Positions 10,029 through 19,391 of a stretch of 58,756 nucleotides of DNA are shown here, piece by piece (the first letter of the stretch is position 1; each line of letters opens with the position of its first letter). This DNA comes from an uncultured Chroococcidiopsis sp. Its GTDB lineage: Bacteria; Cyanobacteriota; Cyanobacteriia; Cyanobacteriales; Chroococcidiopsidaceae. The notes beneath the pieces were generated by a model, which was not told the DNA's origin, did not search any database, and saw only the letters and a list, made by a program, of their open reading frames with translations. Location: contig CAXTYC010000020.1 of the NCBI GenBank assembly GCA_964248365.1, positions 30,490 to 89,245 of the forward strand. The letters are read 5' to 3'. A program made the translations under genes and the position numbers.

Positions 10029-10466
10029 ATGCAGATTATCAACAAAGTAATTGAACTAGAAACCGAGCCAGGAATTAACATTTATAACATCACACCAGAA
10101 ATCGAAAAATTAATTGCATCAACATCGATTACCAACGGTCAAGTTATGGTATTTTCTCGGCACACAACAACCGCCTTAGCAATCAATGAAGATGAACCAA
10201 GATTACTAGAAGATATCAAAGTCTTTTTAAGAAAATTAGCACCAGAAGGCGATCGCTACTTACACAACGATTTACACTTAAGAGACGTGCCTGAAGATGA
10301 ACCAATCAATGCTCACTCTCATCTGATGGCGCTGATGCTAAATACTAGTGAAGTGATTCCAATTGTAGACGGTAAACTATTTTTGGGAACCTGGCAATCT
10401 ATCTTATTTTTTGAACTAGATGGTTTTAGAAAAAGAACTATTTTTTGCCAAATTACAGGTGAGTAA
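10029..10466 (+). CDS. yjbQ: YjbQ/UPF0047 family protein
   Basis: HTTTALAINE, YLHND, NAHSHL, LGTWQSILFFELDG; start set at ATG 10029. Confidence 0.9.
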   Translation: MQIINKVIELETEPGINIYNITPEIEKLIASTSITNGQVMVFSRHTTTALAINEDEPRLLEDIKVFLRKLAPEGDRYLHNDLHLRDVPEDEPINAHSHLMALMLNTSEVIPIVDGKLFLGTWQSILFFELDGFRKRTIFCQITGE

Positions 10467-10484
10467 GCAATCAAAATAAAATTT

Positions 10485-10506
10485 AAGGTGGGCAATGCCC
10501 ACCCTT
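10485..10506. repeat. Small palindromic dispersed repeat, possible bidirectional terminator
   Basis: GGTGGGCAATGCCCACC between convergent genes. Confidence 0.65.
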
Positions 10507-10515
10507 AATTATAAA

Positions 10516-10656
10516 TTAGCGTCTGGTTAAGCGAATGTGATCCATAATCTGTTGCTTGCGCTGATCGTTTAAGGTGGACGATGGCTTAATAAAATCCCCA
10601 GTGCTGCGGGCTATATGCTCCATAATTCGCTTCTGACGGTCGGGTGTCGTTGCCAT
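10516..10656 (-). CDS. 46-aa small protein with an internal duplicated motif
   Basis: MATTPDRQKRIMEHIARSTGDFIKPSSTLNDQRKQQIMDHIRLTRR*; not in ORF track. Confidence 0.7.
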   Translation of the reverse strand: MATTPDRQKRIMEHIARSTGDFIKPSSTLNDQRKQQIMDHIRLTRR

Positions 10657-10890
10657 GATTTTTAGTTATGTTTACCTAGTAAAGTAAGTGGCTGAATAAA
10701 TTTACTATTGGATTCAAACTATAGTTAGATCAGCACAAAAGCGCAGAATACTACAGCTATTTAAATATAACTAAAGATTGATTAAAACGACCACTATCTT
10801 GAGAAAGAAAAGCAAATAACTAGCTGTGGGTAGAAGTCAACATGAACCAAGGTTGCTAAGAATGTCAATGAGTCTTTCGATTGTGATCCT

Positions 10891-11337
10891 ATGACTTCAG
10901 GTAACAGCAATCCTAATCGGCGTAAAGAAATTCTCCGCACTATCTTTTCTGTGTGCATCATCATAGTAGGAATTACCCATTTTATCAGACCAGAACAATA
11001 TGCTAGGATTGTGCCTCCTCAACTGCCTTACCCGTTTGAACTGGTTTATATTAGTGGCTTCTTTGAGATTTTAGGGGGAATTGGCTTAGCCATTCCATAC
11101 GTGAGTGTTGCTGCTGCTTGGGGACTAATTGCTTTATTTATTGCAGTTTTTCCAGCAAATATTAATATGGCTGTAAATAGCATTCCCATTGAGGGTATTC
11201 CTCATATTCCTTGGCTATATTGGGCAAGGCTACCTTTTCAGGCAGTTTTAATCGCCTGGGCATATTGGTATACAAAAAAACCAGAAGCACAACCTGGAGC
11301 CGCTAGTATTGAAAAGCAGGTAGAATCGCGCTTCTAA
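10891..11337 (+). CDS. DoxX-like membrane protein
   Basis: GITHF..P..Y..IVPP, LVYISGFFEILGG, AVFPANINMA, RLPFQ. Confidence 0.85.
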   Translation: MTSGNSNPNRRKEILRTIFSVCIIIVGITHFIRPEQYARIVPPQLPYPFELVYISGFFEILGGIGLAIPYVSVAAAWGLIALFIAVFPANINMAVNSIPIEGIPHIPWLYWARLPFQAVLIAWAYWYTKKPEAQPGAASIEKQVESRF

Positions 11338-11942
11338 TCGCTAGATGAAACTACCCAGTGTGAAATTTTTGGAATCACCCGCCCTGTAAGAGTCATGTAT
11401 TCTCGATACTGTTCCCCAAACGTATCAACCATCATCTGTTCTTCTTGGGGTACTCGCAAAAGATACATTGGTAAAAACGATAGTATATAAGACAGTCCGT
11501 AAATCCAATTGTGCAACAAAAGAGCTTGGGCAATCCCCCACAGGCAACAAGATGCATACATTGGATGGCGAATGTATTGGTATACTCCATTATCAACTAG
11601 TGTATGGTTCTCCCGAACTTCTAAAGATCCTGACCAATTCAATCCCAAGTCTGCATGGGAACGCCAAAATAGCCAGATAGCCAATAGGAAAAAAACTGTA
11701 CCAAGCCAACCAGTCCAATTGGGTAGATAGTACGCAGCAAAATCAAACCAAGACGTAAATACACCAACTAAAGGCAGGATAAACATTCCTAGCCATGTTA
11801 AAAATAGCAGCAATTTCTCTTGGGCATTTCTACGTTCGTCTACAATCTTATTTTGTTTTACCAGCCGCGCGAAGTAAAGGCGAATCGCACATACAGCGAT
11901 AAAGCAAATTAGAAAAACAGCCTTGCGAGTAACTTCAGTCAT
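11334..11942 (-). CDS. Isoprenylcysteine carboxyl methyltransferase (ICMT/Ste14) family protein
   Basis: LGLNWS, HTLVDNGVYQYIRHPMY, EEQMMVDTFGEQYREY. Confidence 0.9.
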   Translation of the reverse strand: MTEVTRKAVFLICFIAVCAIRLYFARLVKQNKIVDERRNAQEKLLLFLTWLGMFILPLVGVFTSWFDFAAYYLPNWTGWLGTVFFLLAIWLFWRSHADLGLNWSGSLEVRENHTLVDNGVYQYIRHPMYASCCLWGIAQALLLHNWIYGLSYILSFLPMYLLRVPQEEQMMVDTFGEQYREYMTLTGRVIPKISHWVVSSSD

Positions 11943-11978
11943 CTTTCAACCTTCCATAGAGTAATTCCAACTTACTTG

Positions 11979-12431
11979 TTACCCATTACCCATTATCAAC
12001 AACGTATTAGCTATTGTTTCCTCAACTGGCATCACTGACAATCGATTTCCTGTTCTTGTCACCCAAAGTTCTTGACTAAATTCTTGCCTAAGTGTTGCCA
12101 AAGATATGATATTAGGAAAAGCCCTGACGAATTCCACCTTAACTGTATGCCATCGAGGGGAATCAGGCTTTGATTTGGGGTCATAGTATTTACTATTAGG
12201 ATCGAATTGGGTGGGATCGATAATATTAGAAGTTACCACGCGCATTAATCCCACAATGCCTGGGGGAATGGTATTGGAGTGGTAGAAAAAAGCTCTGTCT
12301 TCTAATTGCATTTGGCGTAGAAAGTTACGCGCTTGATAGTTGCGTACTCCATCCCAAATTGTCGAGCGATCGCGCTCCAAATCTGCAATACTATAAACTC
12401 CAGGTTCAGATTTCATCAACCAATAATTCAT
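11979..12431 (-). CDS. EVE domain-containing protein
   Basis: MNYWLMKSEP, WDGVRNYQARN, FFYHS, RLSVMPV. Confidence 0.95.
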   Translation of the reverse strand: MNYWLMKSEPGVYSIADLERDRSTIWDGVRNYQARNFLRQMQLEDRAFFYHSNTIPPGIVGLMRVVTSNIIDPTQFDPNSKYYDPKSKPDSPRWHTVKVEFVRAFPNIISLATLRQEFSQELWVTRTGNRLSVMPVEETIANTLLIMGNG

Positions 12432-12901
12432 CTCAAATCCAACCGCATTTCATTGCTATCTGAAAAGCCCAAACCGGAGTAAACTGGTTTACCTGACGGT
12501 GAAGCGTGGAGGATAACTCGCGTACAACCAAGGGCTTTTAGGTAATCTAACGTCATGCTAGTGAGTTTTTTGGCAATTCCTTGTTTTCGGTAAGGCGGCT
12601 CAACATATACACCCCAAATATACCCATATTTACGATAATTTTCTGTCAAAGCTAGCGGATATAGACCTGCAAATAGTTGACAACTCGCAGAACCGACTAC
12701 TTTATTGTCAACCTCCGCCACAAACGCTTTAAATAACAATTCTTGACGAGCATGATTAATGAACTGGAGTATAATTTCTTGCCAGTCAGATTTAATACAG
12801 TCAGCCGGAACATCGTTGTCTCGCCACAATTGATAAAAATGTTGAGCAATTCGCGAATCTTCCTCCCAGCTTGCCTCTCTCAAATTAATATTTAGTGTCA
12901 T
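12428..12901 (-). CDS. GNAT family N-acetyltransferase
   Basis: GVYVEPPYRKQGIA, LHASPSGKPVYSGLGF; 4-bp overlap with the EVE gene. Confidence 0.9.
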   Translation of the reverse strand: MTLNINLREASWEEDSRIAQHFYQLWRDNDVPADCIKSDWQEIILQFINHARQELLFKAFVAEVDNKVVGSASCQLFAGLYPLALTENYRKYGYIWGVYVEPPYRKQGIAKKLTSMTLDYLKALGCTRVILHASPSGKPVYSGLGFSDSNEMRLDLR

Positions 12902-13231
12902 CCGGTTAATTTTAAGATAAATATGATAGTAGTATCGGACGATCGCACCTCGTCATAATGAGAGTGTCACGCAAAGGCGCAAAGGCGCTAAGGTAAACAA
13001 AGGAAATCATCGCTATGTAAGTAGGTGGACATAATTAAATGTAAGATGCGCTCAAGAGTGAAAACTGGGCAGTAAAATTCTTTTCCCTTTTCCTTTTTAG
13101 TTATTGTGCGATCGCTACTAATTCAAGTTCTCACATAATTAGATTTGGATCTAAGCCTACGGATAGGGTTTTCTCACAACCAACGAGTCTAGGCTGGGAG
13201 TGTTCACATTACTAGTGTTGAGGATACACTT

Positions 13232-13453
13232 ATGCCAAGTGGTCATGCTAGTCATAAAGGCTCTTCTAACAAACCCAATATAAACGCTCCTGGTATAATC
13301 GATGATGCTGCGGATACAGGGGTAAACCCAGAAGATCTTCTGCCGGAAAATCTTACTAATACAGAGACACTCAGAACCGACGAATTTGTCGATTATCCTC
13401 CCGCTTACCAACGCCCAGGTGAAGAATCAGAGTCTGGGAAACAACAGGAGTAA
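13232..13453 (+). CDS. Small acidic hypothetical protein
   Basis: 73-aa ORF with GAGGA SD. Confidence 0.65.
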   Translation: MPSGHASHKGSSNKPNINAPGIIDDAADTGVNPEDLLPENLTNTETLRTDEFVDYPPAYQRPGEESESGKQQE

Positions 13454-13474
13454 GTTAATTATCTAGTGTTGACC

Positions 13475-13615
13475 GCAGGGGAGCAGGGAAAGCTTCAGGG
13501 GCAGGGGAGCAGGGGGGCAGGGGGGCAGAGGAGAAAATTCAATAATCCAAAAATCTAAAATCCAAAATCTAAAATCCAAAATACCCTAGCCCCTAGCCTC
13601 CAGCCCCTAGCCCCT
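13475..13615. repeat. STRR tracts upstream of rtcB
   Basis: GCAGGGG, AATC(C/T)AA and CCCCTAG repeats. Confidence 0.85.
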
Positions 13616-13640
13616 CGGTAGCACAACAGAAGCGTAAAAT

Positions 13641-15101
13641 ATGGCGATTTCGGACTTTTTAGAAAAAATTTCTGACACAATCTGGGAAATCCCTGTTTCT
13701 TATAAAGATGGGATGCGTGTACCCGCTCGGATTTATGGCACAGAAAAGTTAATTGCTGATTTAGACGAAGCCGTCTATGACCAAGTTACCAATGTAGCCA
13801 CACTTCCAGGGATTACAAAATATGCCTTGTGTATGCCTGACGGTCACTTTGGCTATGGGTTTCCCATTGGTGGGGTGGCGGCGATGGATGTGGAACAGGG
13901 AGGCGTGATTTCTCCTGGCGGTATCGGTTTCGATATCAATTGTGGAATGCGCCTGATGGTTACAAACTTAACCTACGATGAAGTCAAACCCCGACTCAAA
14001 AAGATTGTAGACAAACTCTACGAAAGGGTTCCGGCTGGAGTAGGAAGTAGTGGATTTGTCAAGCTATCCAGGCAAGATTTTCGTCAAGTTGTTGAACAAG
14101 GCGCACAGTGGTGCGTCCGTAATGGCTATGGCTGGGAAGAGGATTTAGAACTGATTGAAGAACAGGGATGTATTAAAGGTGCTGATGCTGCCAAGATCAG
14201 TGAGAAGGCTATTGATAGAGGCTTTAATCAAATCGGTACTTTGGGTTCTGGCAATCATTATCTAGAAATTCAAGTTGCTCGACCAGAAAATGTATTCGAT
14301 CAAGAATTAGCCGAAAGTTTAGGAATTACCATGCCAAATCAGGTAGTGGTGATGTTCCACTGCGGTAGTAGGGGATTTGGTCATCAGGTAGCAACCGACT
14401 ATCTGCAAGTCTTCCTGAAAGTGATGGAAAGCAAGTATGGCATCAAGATTTTAGATCGAGAATTAGCCTGTGCGCCTTTTAATTCTCCTGAAGGTCAGGA
14501 TTACTTTGCGGCGATGAAATGCGGCATCAATATGTCTTTTGCCAATCGTCAAGTAATTTTGCATCGTATCCGAGAGGTATTTTCATCAATCTTCAAGCGT
14601 TCAGCGGAAGATATGGGTATGCATATGGTTTACGATGTAGCGCATAATACAGCAAAGCTAGAGCGCCATACAGTTGATGGTCAAGAGCGAAGTCTTCTTG
14701 TTCATCGTAAAGGTGCAACGAGGGCTTTTGCTCCAGGTATGGCGGATCTACCAGATCGTTACAAGGAGACTGGACAACCAATTATCATTGGCGGCAGTAT
14801 GGAAACCGGATCTTATCTGCTAGTTGGTGTACCTGGTGGCGATCAAACTTTCTTCAGCACAGCGCATGGTAGCGGACGCACAATGAGCCGAGCGAAGGCT
14901 CGTAAAATCTATAGCGGCGAAAAACTCCAAAAGGACATGGAAAGTCGAGGTATTTATGTCCGTAGTACCTCATGGTCAGGACTTGCAGAAGAAGCAGGCG
15001 GAGCATACAAAAATATCGATGATGTAATTGAAGCGGCTGAATTAGCCGGAATTAGTAAACGAGTAGTGCGACTTACTCCAATTGGGAACATAAAGGGATA
15101 G
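13641..15101 (+). CDS. rtcB: RtcB RNA 3'-phosphate/5'-OH ligase, long archaeal/eukaryote-like type
   Basis: MPDGHFGYGFPIGGV, GFDINCG, GTLGSGNHYLE, HCGSRGFGH, DVAHN, HRKGAT, STAHGSGR (GMP-His), EEAGGAYKNID, C-terminal KG. Confidence 0.97.
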   Translation: MAISDFLEKISDTIWEIPVSYKDGMRVPARIYGTEKLIADLDEAVYDQVTNVATLPGITKYALCMPDGHFGYGFPIGGVAAMDVEQGGVISPGGIGFDINCGMRLMVTNLTYDEVKPRLKKIVDKLYERVPAGVGSSGFVKLSRQDFRQVVEQGAQWCVRNGYGWEEDLELIEEQGCIKGADAAKISEKAIDRGFNQIGTLGSGNHYLEIQVARPENVFDQELAESLGITMPNQVVVMFHCGSRGFGHQVATDYLQVFLKVMESKYGIKILDRELACAPFNSPEGQDYFAAMKCGINMSFANRQVILHRIREVFSSIFKRSAEDMGMHMVYDVAHNTAKLERHTVDGQERSLLVHRKGATRAFAPGMADLPDRYKETGQPIIIGGSMETGSYLLVGVPGGDQTFFSTAHGSGRTMSRAKARKIYSGEKLQKDMESRGIYVRSTSWSGLAEEAGGAYKNIDDVIEAAELAGISKRVVRLTPIGNIKG

Positions 15102-15190
15102 TTTATTCTCAGAAGTTGGAGCAATTAAGACAATAGGCAGATACATTAATTGCCTAGTGAATAGCAAGTAGGAATTTATGGAGGTGCTGC

Positions 15191-15715
15191 GTGAAATCCA
15201 AAGTATCTTTCTGGCTGATTCCTTCAGAAGATGACAAAACATTTTTCCAGAAAATTATAGACAATCTTGCTCAAGAATATAATGCTCCAACTTTTACCCC
15301 TCATGTAACTATATACTCAGGCGAATACGAACCTGATGAATCTCCCGCTGAAATTATAGAAAAAGCGGTACACTCAGTTCAAAGCTTTAGTTTAAAAATT
15401 GATAAGATTCTATATACAGACTCTTTTACTAAAACTTTATTCGTACAATTTCAATCAAATCCAATTCTTAGTAATATATCAGAAATAATACAACGCAGTT
15501 CAAAAAGCCCATCTGAATTTGCACTTAATCCCCATTTAAGTTTGATTTATCAATATCTAAACGAGGAAATAAAGAAAAATATAATTACTTCGATTAAACT
15601 ACCAAAATCCGAAGTTGTTTTTGATGAAGTAAGAGCTATATCGACTCCAGAGAAAGTACAAAAACGAGAGGATGTAGAAAACTGGGAAGTAATTTGTACA
15701 AGGAAACTTCAATAG
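15191..15715 (+). CDS. 2H phosphoesterase, cyclic phosphodiesterase (CPDase-like)
   Basis: Two HxT/S motifs, FTPHVTI and LNPHLSL; N-terminal FWLIP resembles plant/yeast CPDase; GGAGG SD before GTG. Confidence 0.85.
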   Translation: MKSKVSFWLIPSEDDKTFFQKIIDNLAQEYNAPTFTPHVTIYSGEYEPDESPAEIIEKAVHSVQSFSLKIDKILYTDSFTKTLFVQFQSNPILSNISEIIQRSSKSPSEFALNPHLSLIYQYLNEEIKKNIITSIKLPKSEVVFDEVRAISTPEKVQKREDVENWEVICTRKLQ

Positions 15716-15729
15716 AGAACAAATAAGTT

Positions 15730-16614
15730 ATGGTAGTACGCACACCACTAACAGTAATCACGGGACCGCTGGGAAGTGGCAAAACAACGCTGTTGCGACA
15801 CATCCTCGATACTTTTCCCAGAAAAATCGCCATTCTAATGAATGAATTTGGTGAGATTGCGATCGACTCCAAAATTATTGGGGGTAAAAATGTTCAAATG
15901 GCTGATCTTGGTGGTGGTTGTGTTTGCTGTTCCCTGCTGGGCGAGTTTGAAGCCGCTGTCAATGAAATTATTGATACTGTTGATCCAGACAATATTGTAG
16001 TAGAAACAACCGGAGTCGCTGAACCGGATGCCCTTGTATTTGATATTCAAGAGAGTTTAACTATAGTGCGTCTAGATGGAGTTGTTACCCTTGTCGATGC
16101 GGATGCTATGGTGAAATATCCCTCGCTAGGTCATACAACTCGGATGCAAATCGAAGCAGCAGATACTATCTTGCTCAATAAAGTTGATTTAGTTTCCGAC
16201 AGCGATTTAATGGCGATAGAAGAGAAATTGCGAAGTCTCAATCAAGTAGCAACAATTATTCGCACTCAAAGAGGCAAAGTAGATCCACAATTGCTGTTTG
16301 GAATCGGTAGAGAACGAGTACAAGCACCTCCCGATCACGTTCATCACCCCGAATTTGAATCATTCAGCTATAAAACAAATGCTAGTTGCGATCGCCACTG
16401 TTTTGAAGAATTCGCCGACAGCCTTACAACAAATGTATATCGAGCAAAAGGTTTTATCCAATTTCAGTCAGGAACTTATCTATTTAATTTCGTAGCCGGA
16501 CGCTGGGAACTAGAACCATTTGAACAAGAGGGAACTGAACTAGTTTTTATCGGCAAACAGGTAAATACACACAAAGCAGAAATTATTGACCGCTTAAAGT
16601 CATGTGAGCAATAG
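15730..16614 (+). CDS. COG0523/CobW family G3E GTPase (putative metallochaperone)
   Basis: GPLGSGKTT, NEFGE, GCVCC (CxCC), ETTG, NKVD, short HVHH tract, CobW_C motif YRAKG. Confidence 0.93.
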   Translation: MVVRTPLTVITGPLGSGKTTLLRHILDTFPRKIAILMNEFGEIAIDSKIIGGKNVQMADLGGGCVCCSLLGEFEAAVNEIIDTVDPDNIVVETTGVAEPDALVFDIQESLTIVRLDGVVTLVDADAMVKYPSLGHTTRMQIEAADTILLNKVDLVSDSDLMAIEEKLRSLNQVATIIRTQRGKVDPQLLFGIGRERVQAPPDHVHHPEFESFSYKTNASCDRHCFEEFADSLTTNVYRAKGFIQFQSGTYLFNFVAGRWELEPFEQEGTELVFIGKQVNTHKAEIIDRLKSCEQ

Positions 16615-16669
16615 AATCAATTATCAATTATTAATCTAAAATCTAAAATCTAAAATCTAAAATTGTATT

Positions 16670-17101
16670 ATGCCTTATGAATTTCTAGAAGATATTGCTA
16701 CTGCTGACATTGCCTTTCGAGCTTGGGGAAAGGATTTACCAGAACTTTTCCAAGCGGCTGGCGACGCTACAATCAATGTCATGATCGAAGATTTGGACAC
16801 AATAGAATTTAAAGAGCAGCGAGGCTTCAGCTTAGAAAATGATGCTTTAGATATGTTGCTGTTCAATTTTCTTCAGGAATTTATTTACTACAAGGACAGT
16901 GAACAACTCCTTCTACGGGCTTCTCAGGTGCAGGTGGAAAAGAAAAATAGCCAGCACGAACTAACCGCATTTACTCAAGGAGAAAAACTCGATCCTCATC
17001 GTCACCAGCAACGGGTAGATGTTAAAGCTGTAACTTTACACCGCTTCGAGCTAGAAAAAACTGATGACGGCTGGACAGCTATGGTAATCCTTGATATTTA
17101 G
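16670..17101 (+). CDS. Archease (RtcB activator)
   Basis: YEFLEDIATADIAFRAWG, LLFNFLQEFIY, GEKLD, VKAVTLH, C-terminal ILDI. Confidence 0.93.
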   Translation: MPYEFLEDIATADIAFRAWGKDLPELFQAAGDATINVMIEDLDTIEFKEQRGFSLENDALDMLLFNFLQEFIYYKDSEQLLLRASQVQVEKKNSQHELTAFTQGEKLDPHRHQQRVDVKAVTLHRFELEKTDDGWTAMVILDI

Positions 17102-17119
17102 CGGGTTTTTTCTCCACTC

Positions 17120-17142
17120 GTTACCAGGCTCAGCCTGGTAAC
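17120..17142. repeat. Palindromic small dispersed repeat, related copy at 45856-45878
   Basis: GTTACCAGGCTCAGCCTGGTAAC vs GTTCCCAGGCTGAGCCTGGGAAC. Confidence 0.8.
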
Positions 17143-17186
17143 AAGGTATTTTCATATCAGTTATTAGTTAATTTGTCAAGTTTTTA

Positions 17187-17489
17187 CTACATCTGTCCAC
17201 TAAAAATTGGCTTAACCTGGTGTTCAATTTTATCGCTTGTATCTTCGGCGATCGTTAGATATTCAGGTTTGCAGCGCTTGATTTTAACAACAATTCCGAT
17301 CGCTCCTTCTTGCTCCAAGTCTTCTACATACCCAGATGACGCAGCATCGGCTTCCTTCGAGCTAAGAAATGGACCAAAGTAGTAAGTACAGCGGGGATTG
17401 TGCGTTACAATCTCTACCCACCAGGCACAGCCGAAGCTGTATAAAAGGTTAGTCAAGTTTTCTTTGATATAGTTCCAAAATGTCTGCAT
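17187..17489 (-). CDS. DUF1816 family protein
   Basis: WWVEIVTHNPRCTYYFGPF..GYVEDLEQEGA..KRCKP. Confidence 0.88.
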   Translation of the reverse strand: MQTFWNYIKENLTNLLYSFGCAWWVEIVTHNPRCTYYFGPFLSSKEADAASSGYVEDLEQEGAIGIVVKIKRCKPEYLTIAEDTSDKIEHQVKPIFSGQM

Positions 17490-17605
17490 GGTTTTATTTC
17501 CTGTTGAGTGATGTGGTGTGAGGTACTATTGGTCAATAAGTGCTGTAGTAATATTTCACACTTTGTTATACTCTGTAACTCTTATTTTTTCAAATTATCT
17601 ATTTG

Positions 17606-18691
17606 TCATTTATCTAAATGCAGTGTATTTTGCCACTTTTGACGAAAAATCTCATAAAGAGCCATTCCTGCTGCTACTGAGGCATTCAGGCTAGGAGTTT
17701 TTCCCAGTAGCGGAATCGACACCAAAACATCGCAGCAGCGTTGTGTCAACAAACTTAGACCTTCGCCTTCAGAGCCAATGACTAAAACAATCGAACCCTT
17801 CAATTGCACTGTATGCAGTGGTTGACTAGCCGTTGCAGCCGTACCATAAATCCAAAAGCCAGCTGCTTTCAATTCTTCCAGAGCGCGGCTGAGATTTACC
17901 ACCCTAGCGACCGGAAAATTTTCTAAAGCTCCCGCTGCGACTTTCATCACACTTGAAGTAATCCCAACTGCCCTTCTTTGAGGTATTACCAATCCCTGAG
18001 CGCCAATCGCTTCTGCTGTGCGGATAATTGCACCCAGGTTATGCGGGTCATTAATACTATCAGCTGCAATAATTACGGGCTGGTCAGATACTGATTTTGC
18101 CCGTGAAATCAACTCGCCTAGCTCTAAGTAAGCGTAGGGAGCAACTTGAGCGGCTACACCCTGATGATTAGCTTGATGGGTGATTTGGTCTAAACGTCTC
18201 GGTTCAACTTCGTCAATGACTGTACCGTTCTCCTTGGCTTGCAACACCAGGGAGTGAAAGCGGGGATCGTAGCGCAGTCGGGGAGTAATCCAAATCCGGT
18301 TGAGCTGTCGCTGATTTTCTAAAGCACTTAAAACAGGATAGCGACCGTAAATCAAATCACTGTCTGCTTCCCCATTGAGCGGCGAGTCGTGAGTAGCGAT
18401 CTTCGAGCGGCGATCTTCGAGTGGTTTTCTTCCCCTTTGCCCCTCTGCCCCTCTGCTCCTTTGCCCCTCTGCCCCTCTGCTCCTTTGCCCCTCTGTCCTT
18501 TGTGCCCCTTGCTCTTTGACAGACGGCAAATCTGGAGTGGGATCAGGTAAACGTTTGCGTAGTCTAGGAGAGTTACTAACTCCAGAATTTTTGAGATTAG
18601 GCGTAGAAAGGACGCGTTTGCCCTTGATTCTCACTGGTTTACCCCGATTTGGTTCACCATTCGCTTTAATTTTTCGTGGTTGCTCAGCCAT
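17606..18691 (-). CDS. rlmB: 23S rRNA Gm2251 2'-O-methyltransferase (SpoU/TrmH family)
   Basis: [32 protein letters not shown]. Confidence 0.93.
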   Translation of the reverse strand: MAEQPRKIKANGEPNRGKPVRIKGKRVLSTPNLKNSGVSNSPRLRKRLPDPTPDLPSVKEQGAQRTEGQRSRGAEGQRSRGAEGQRGRKPLEDRRSKIATHDSPLNGEADSDLIYGRYPVLSALENQRQLNRIWITPRLRYDPRFHSLVLQAKENGTVIDEVEPRRLDQITHQANHQGVAAQVAPYAYLELGELISRAKSVSDQPVIIAADSINDPHNLGAIIRTAEAIGAQGLVIPQRRAVGITSSVMKVAAGALENFPVARVVNLSRALEELKAAGFWIYGTAATASQPLHTVQLKGSIVLVIGSEGEGLSLLTQRCCDVLVSIPLLGKTPSLNASVAAGMALYEIFRQKWQNTLHLDK

Positions 18692-18782
18692 AAAATTTCC
18701 GTGTTGTGCGTCTTGGCATCCCTAACAAATTGAATCTAGCCAACAAATGAATTGAATTGTGGTAGCTTAAGATTAATTTCGA

Positions 18783-19184
18783 CTATTCCTCTGGAGTGAT
18801 ATCTAGCTGTAGCTGTTGCAATAGTTGGTACAAGCGCTCTGCATCAGTTAGGTAGAGGTAGCCCATTAAGGTTTCTAAGCTCGTTGCCTGTTGATAAATT
18901 TCTGGTTCAACTCGCTTGGGATGTTTTGTAGGGGCATTGCGACCCCGCCGTACGATTTCTAACTCTATGCTATTGAGGTGAGGAGTGAGGGAGCGTAAGT
19001 GCAAAGCTTGTGTTTCTGCTCGCACCTGCGACACTACTAGGCTATGGTATGTATGCGATCGCTTGGGCGGCAGTAGATAACGACTCCTGACATAAAGTTC
19101 ATACACTGCGTCTCCTAAATACGCCAATGCCAATGGCGAAATCTGTTGCAGTTCCCCCTGTGTTACCGACAAAAAACTAGGCAT
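18783..19184 (-). CDS. mrnC: Mini-ribonuclease III
   Basis: LALAYLGDAVYELYVR, RRGRNA, YQQATSLETLMGYLYL. Confidence 0.93.
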   Translation of the reverse strand: MPSFLSVTQGELQQISPLALAYLGDAVYELYVRSRYLLPPKRSHTYHSLVVSQVRAETQALHLRSLTPHLNSIELEIVRRGRNAPTKHPKRVEPEIYQQATSLETLMGYLYLTDAERLYQLLQQLQLDITPEE

Positions 19185-19391
19185 TGTAATTCATAATTCG
19201 TAATTCGTAATTGTCTTTTTGTCCTAGCCCCTAGCCCCTGCGCCCCTACTAATTATTTCACTATTATGATCGATCCCCATTTATCTAAATGGTTTTCCGT
19301 AGACAAGTTTGCCAATAAATCAAAAAATTCAAAAAATTAAGCTATCCAGATGGCAAAACCGGATAGCTTATGCAAATTTTTCTTTCAACAC

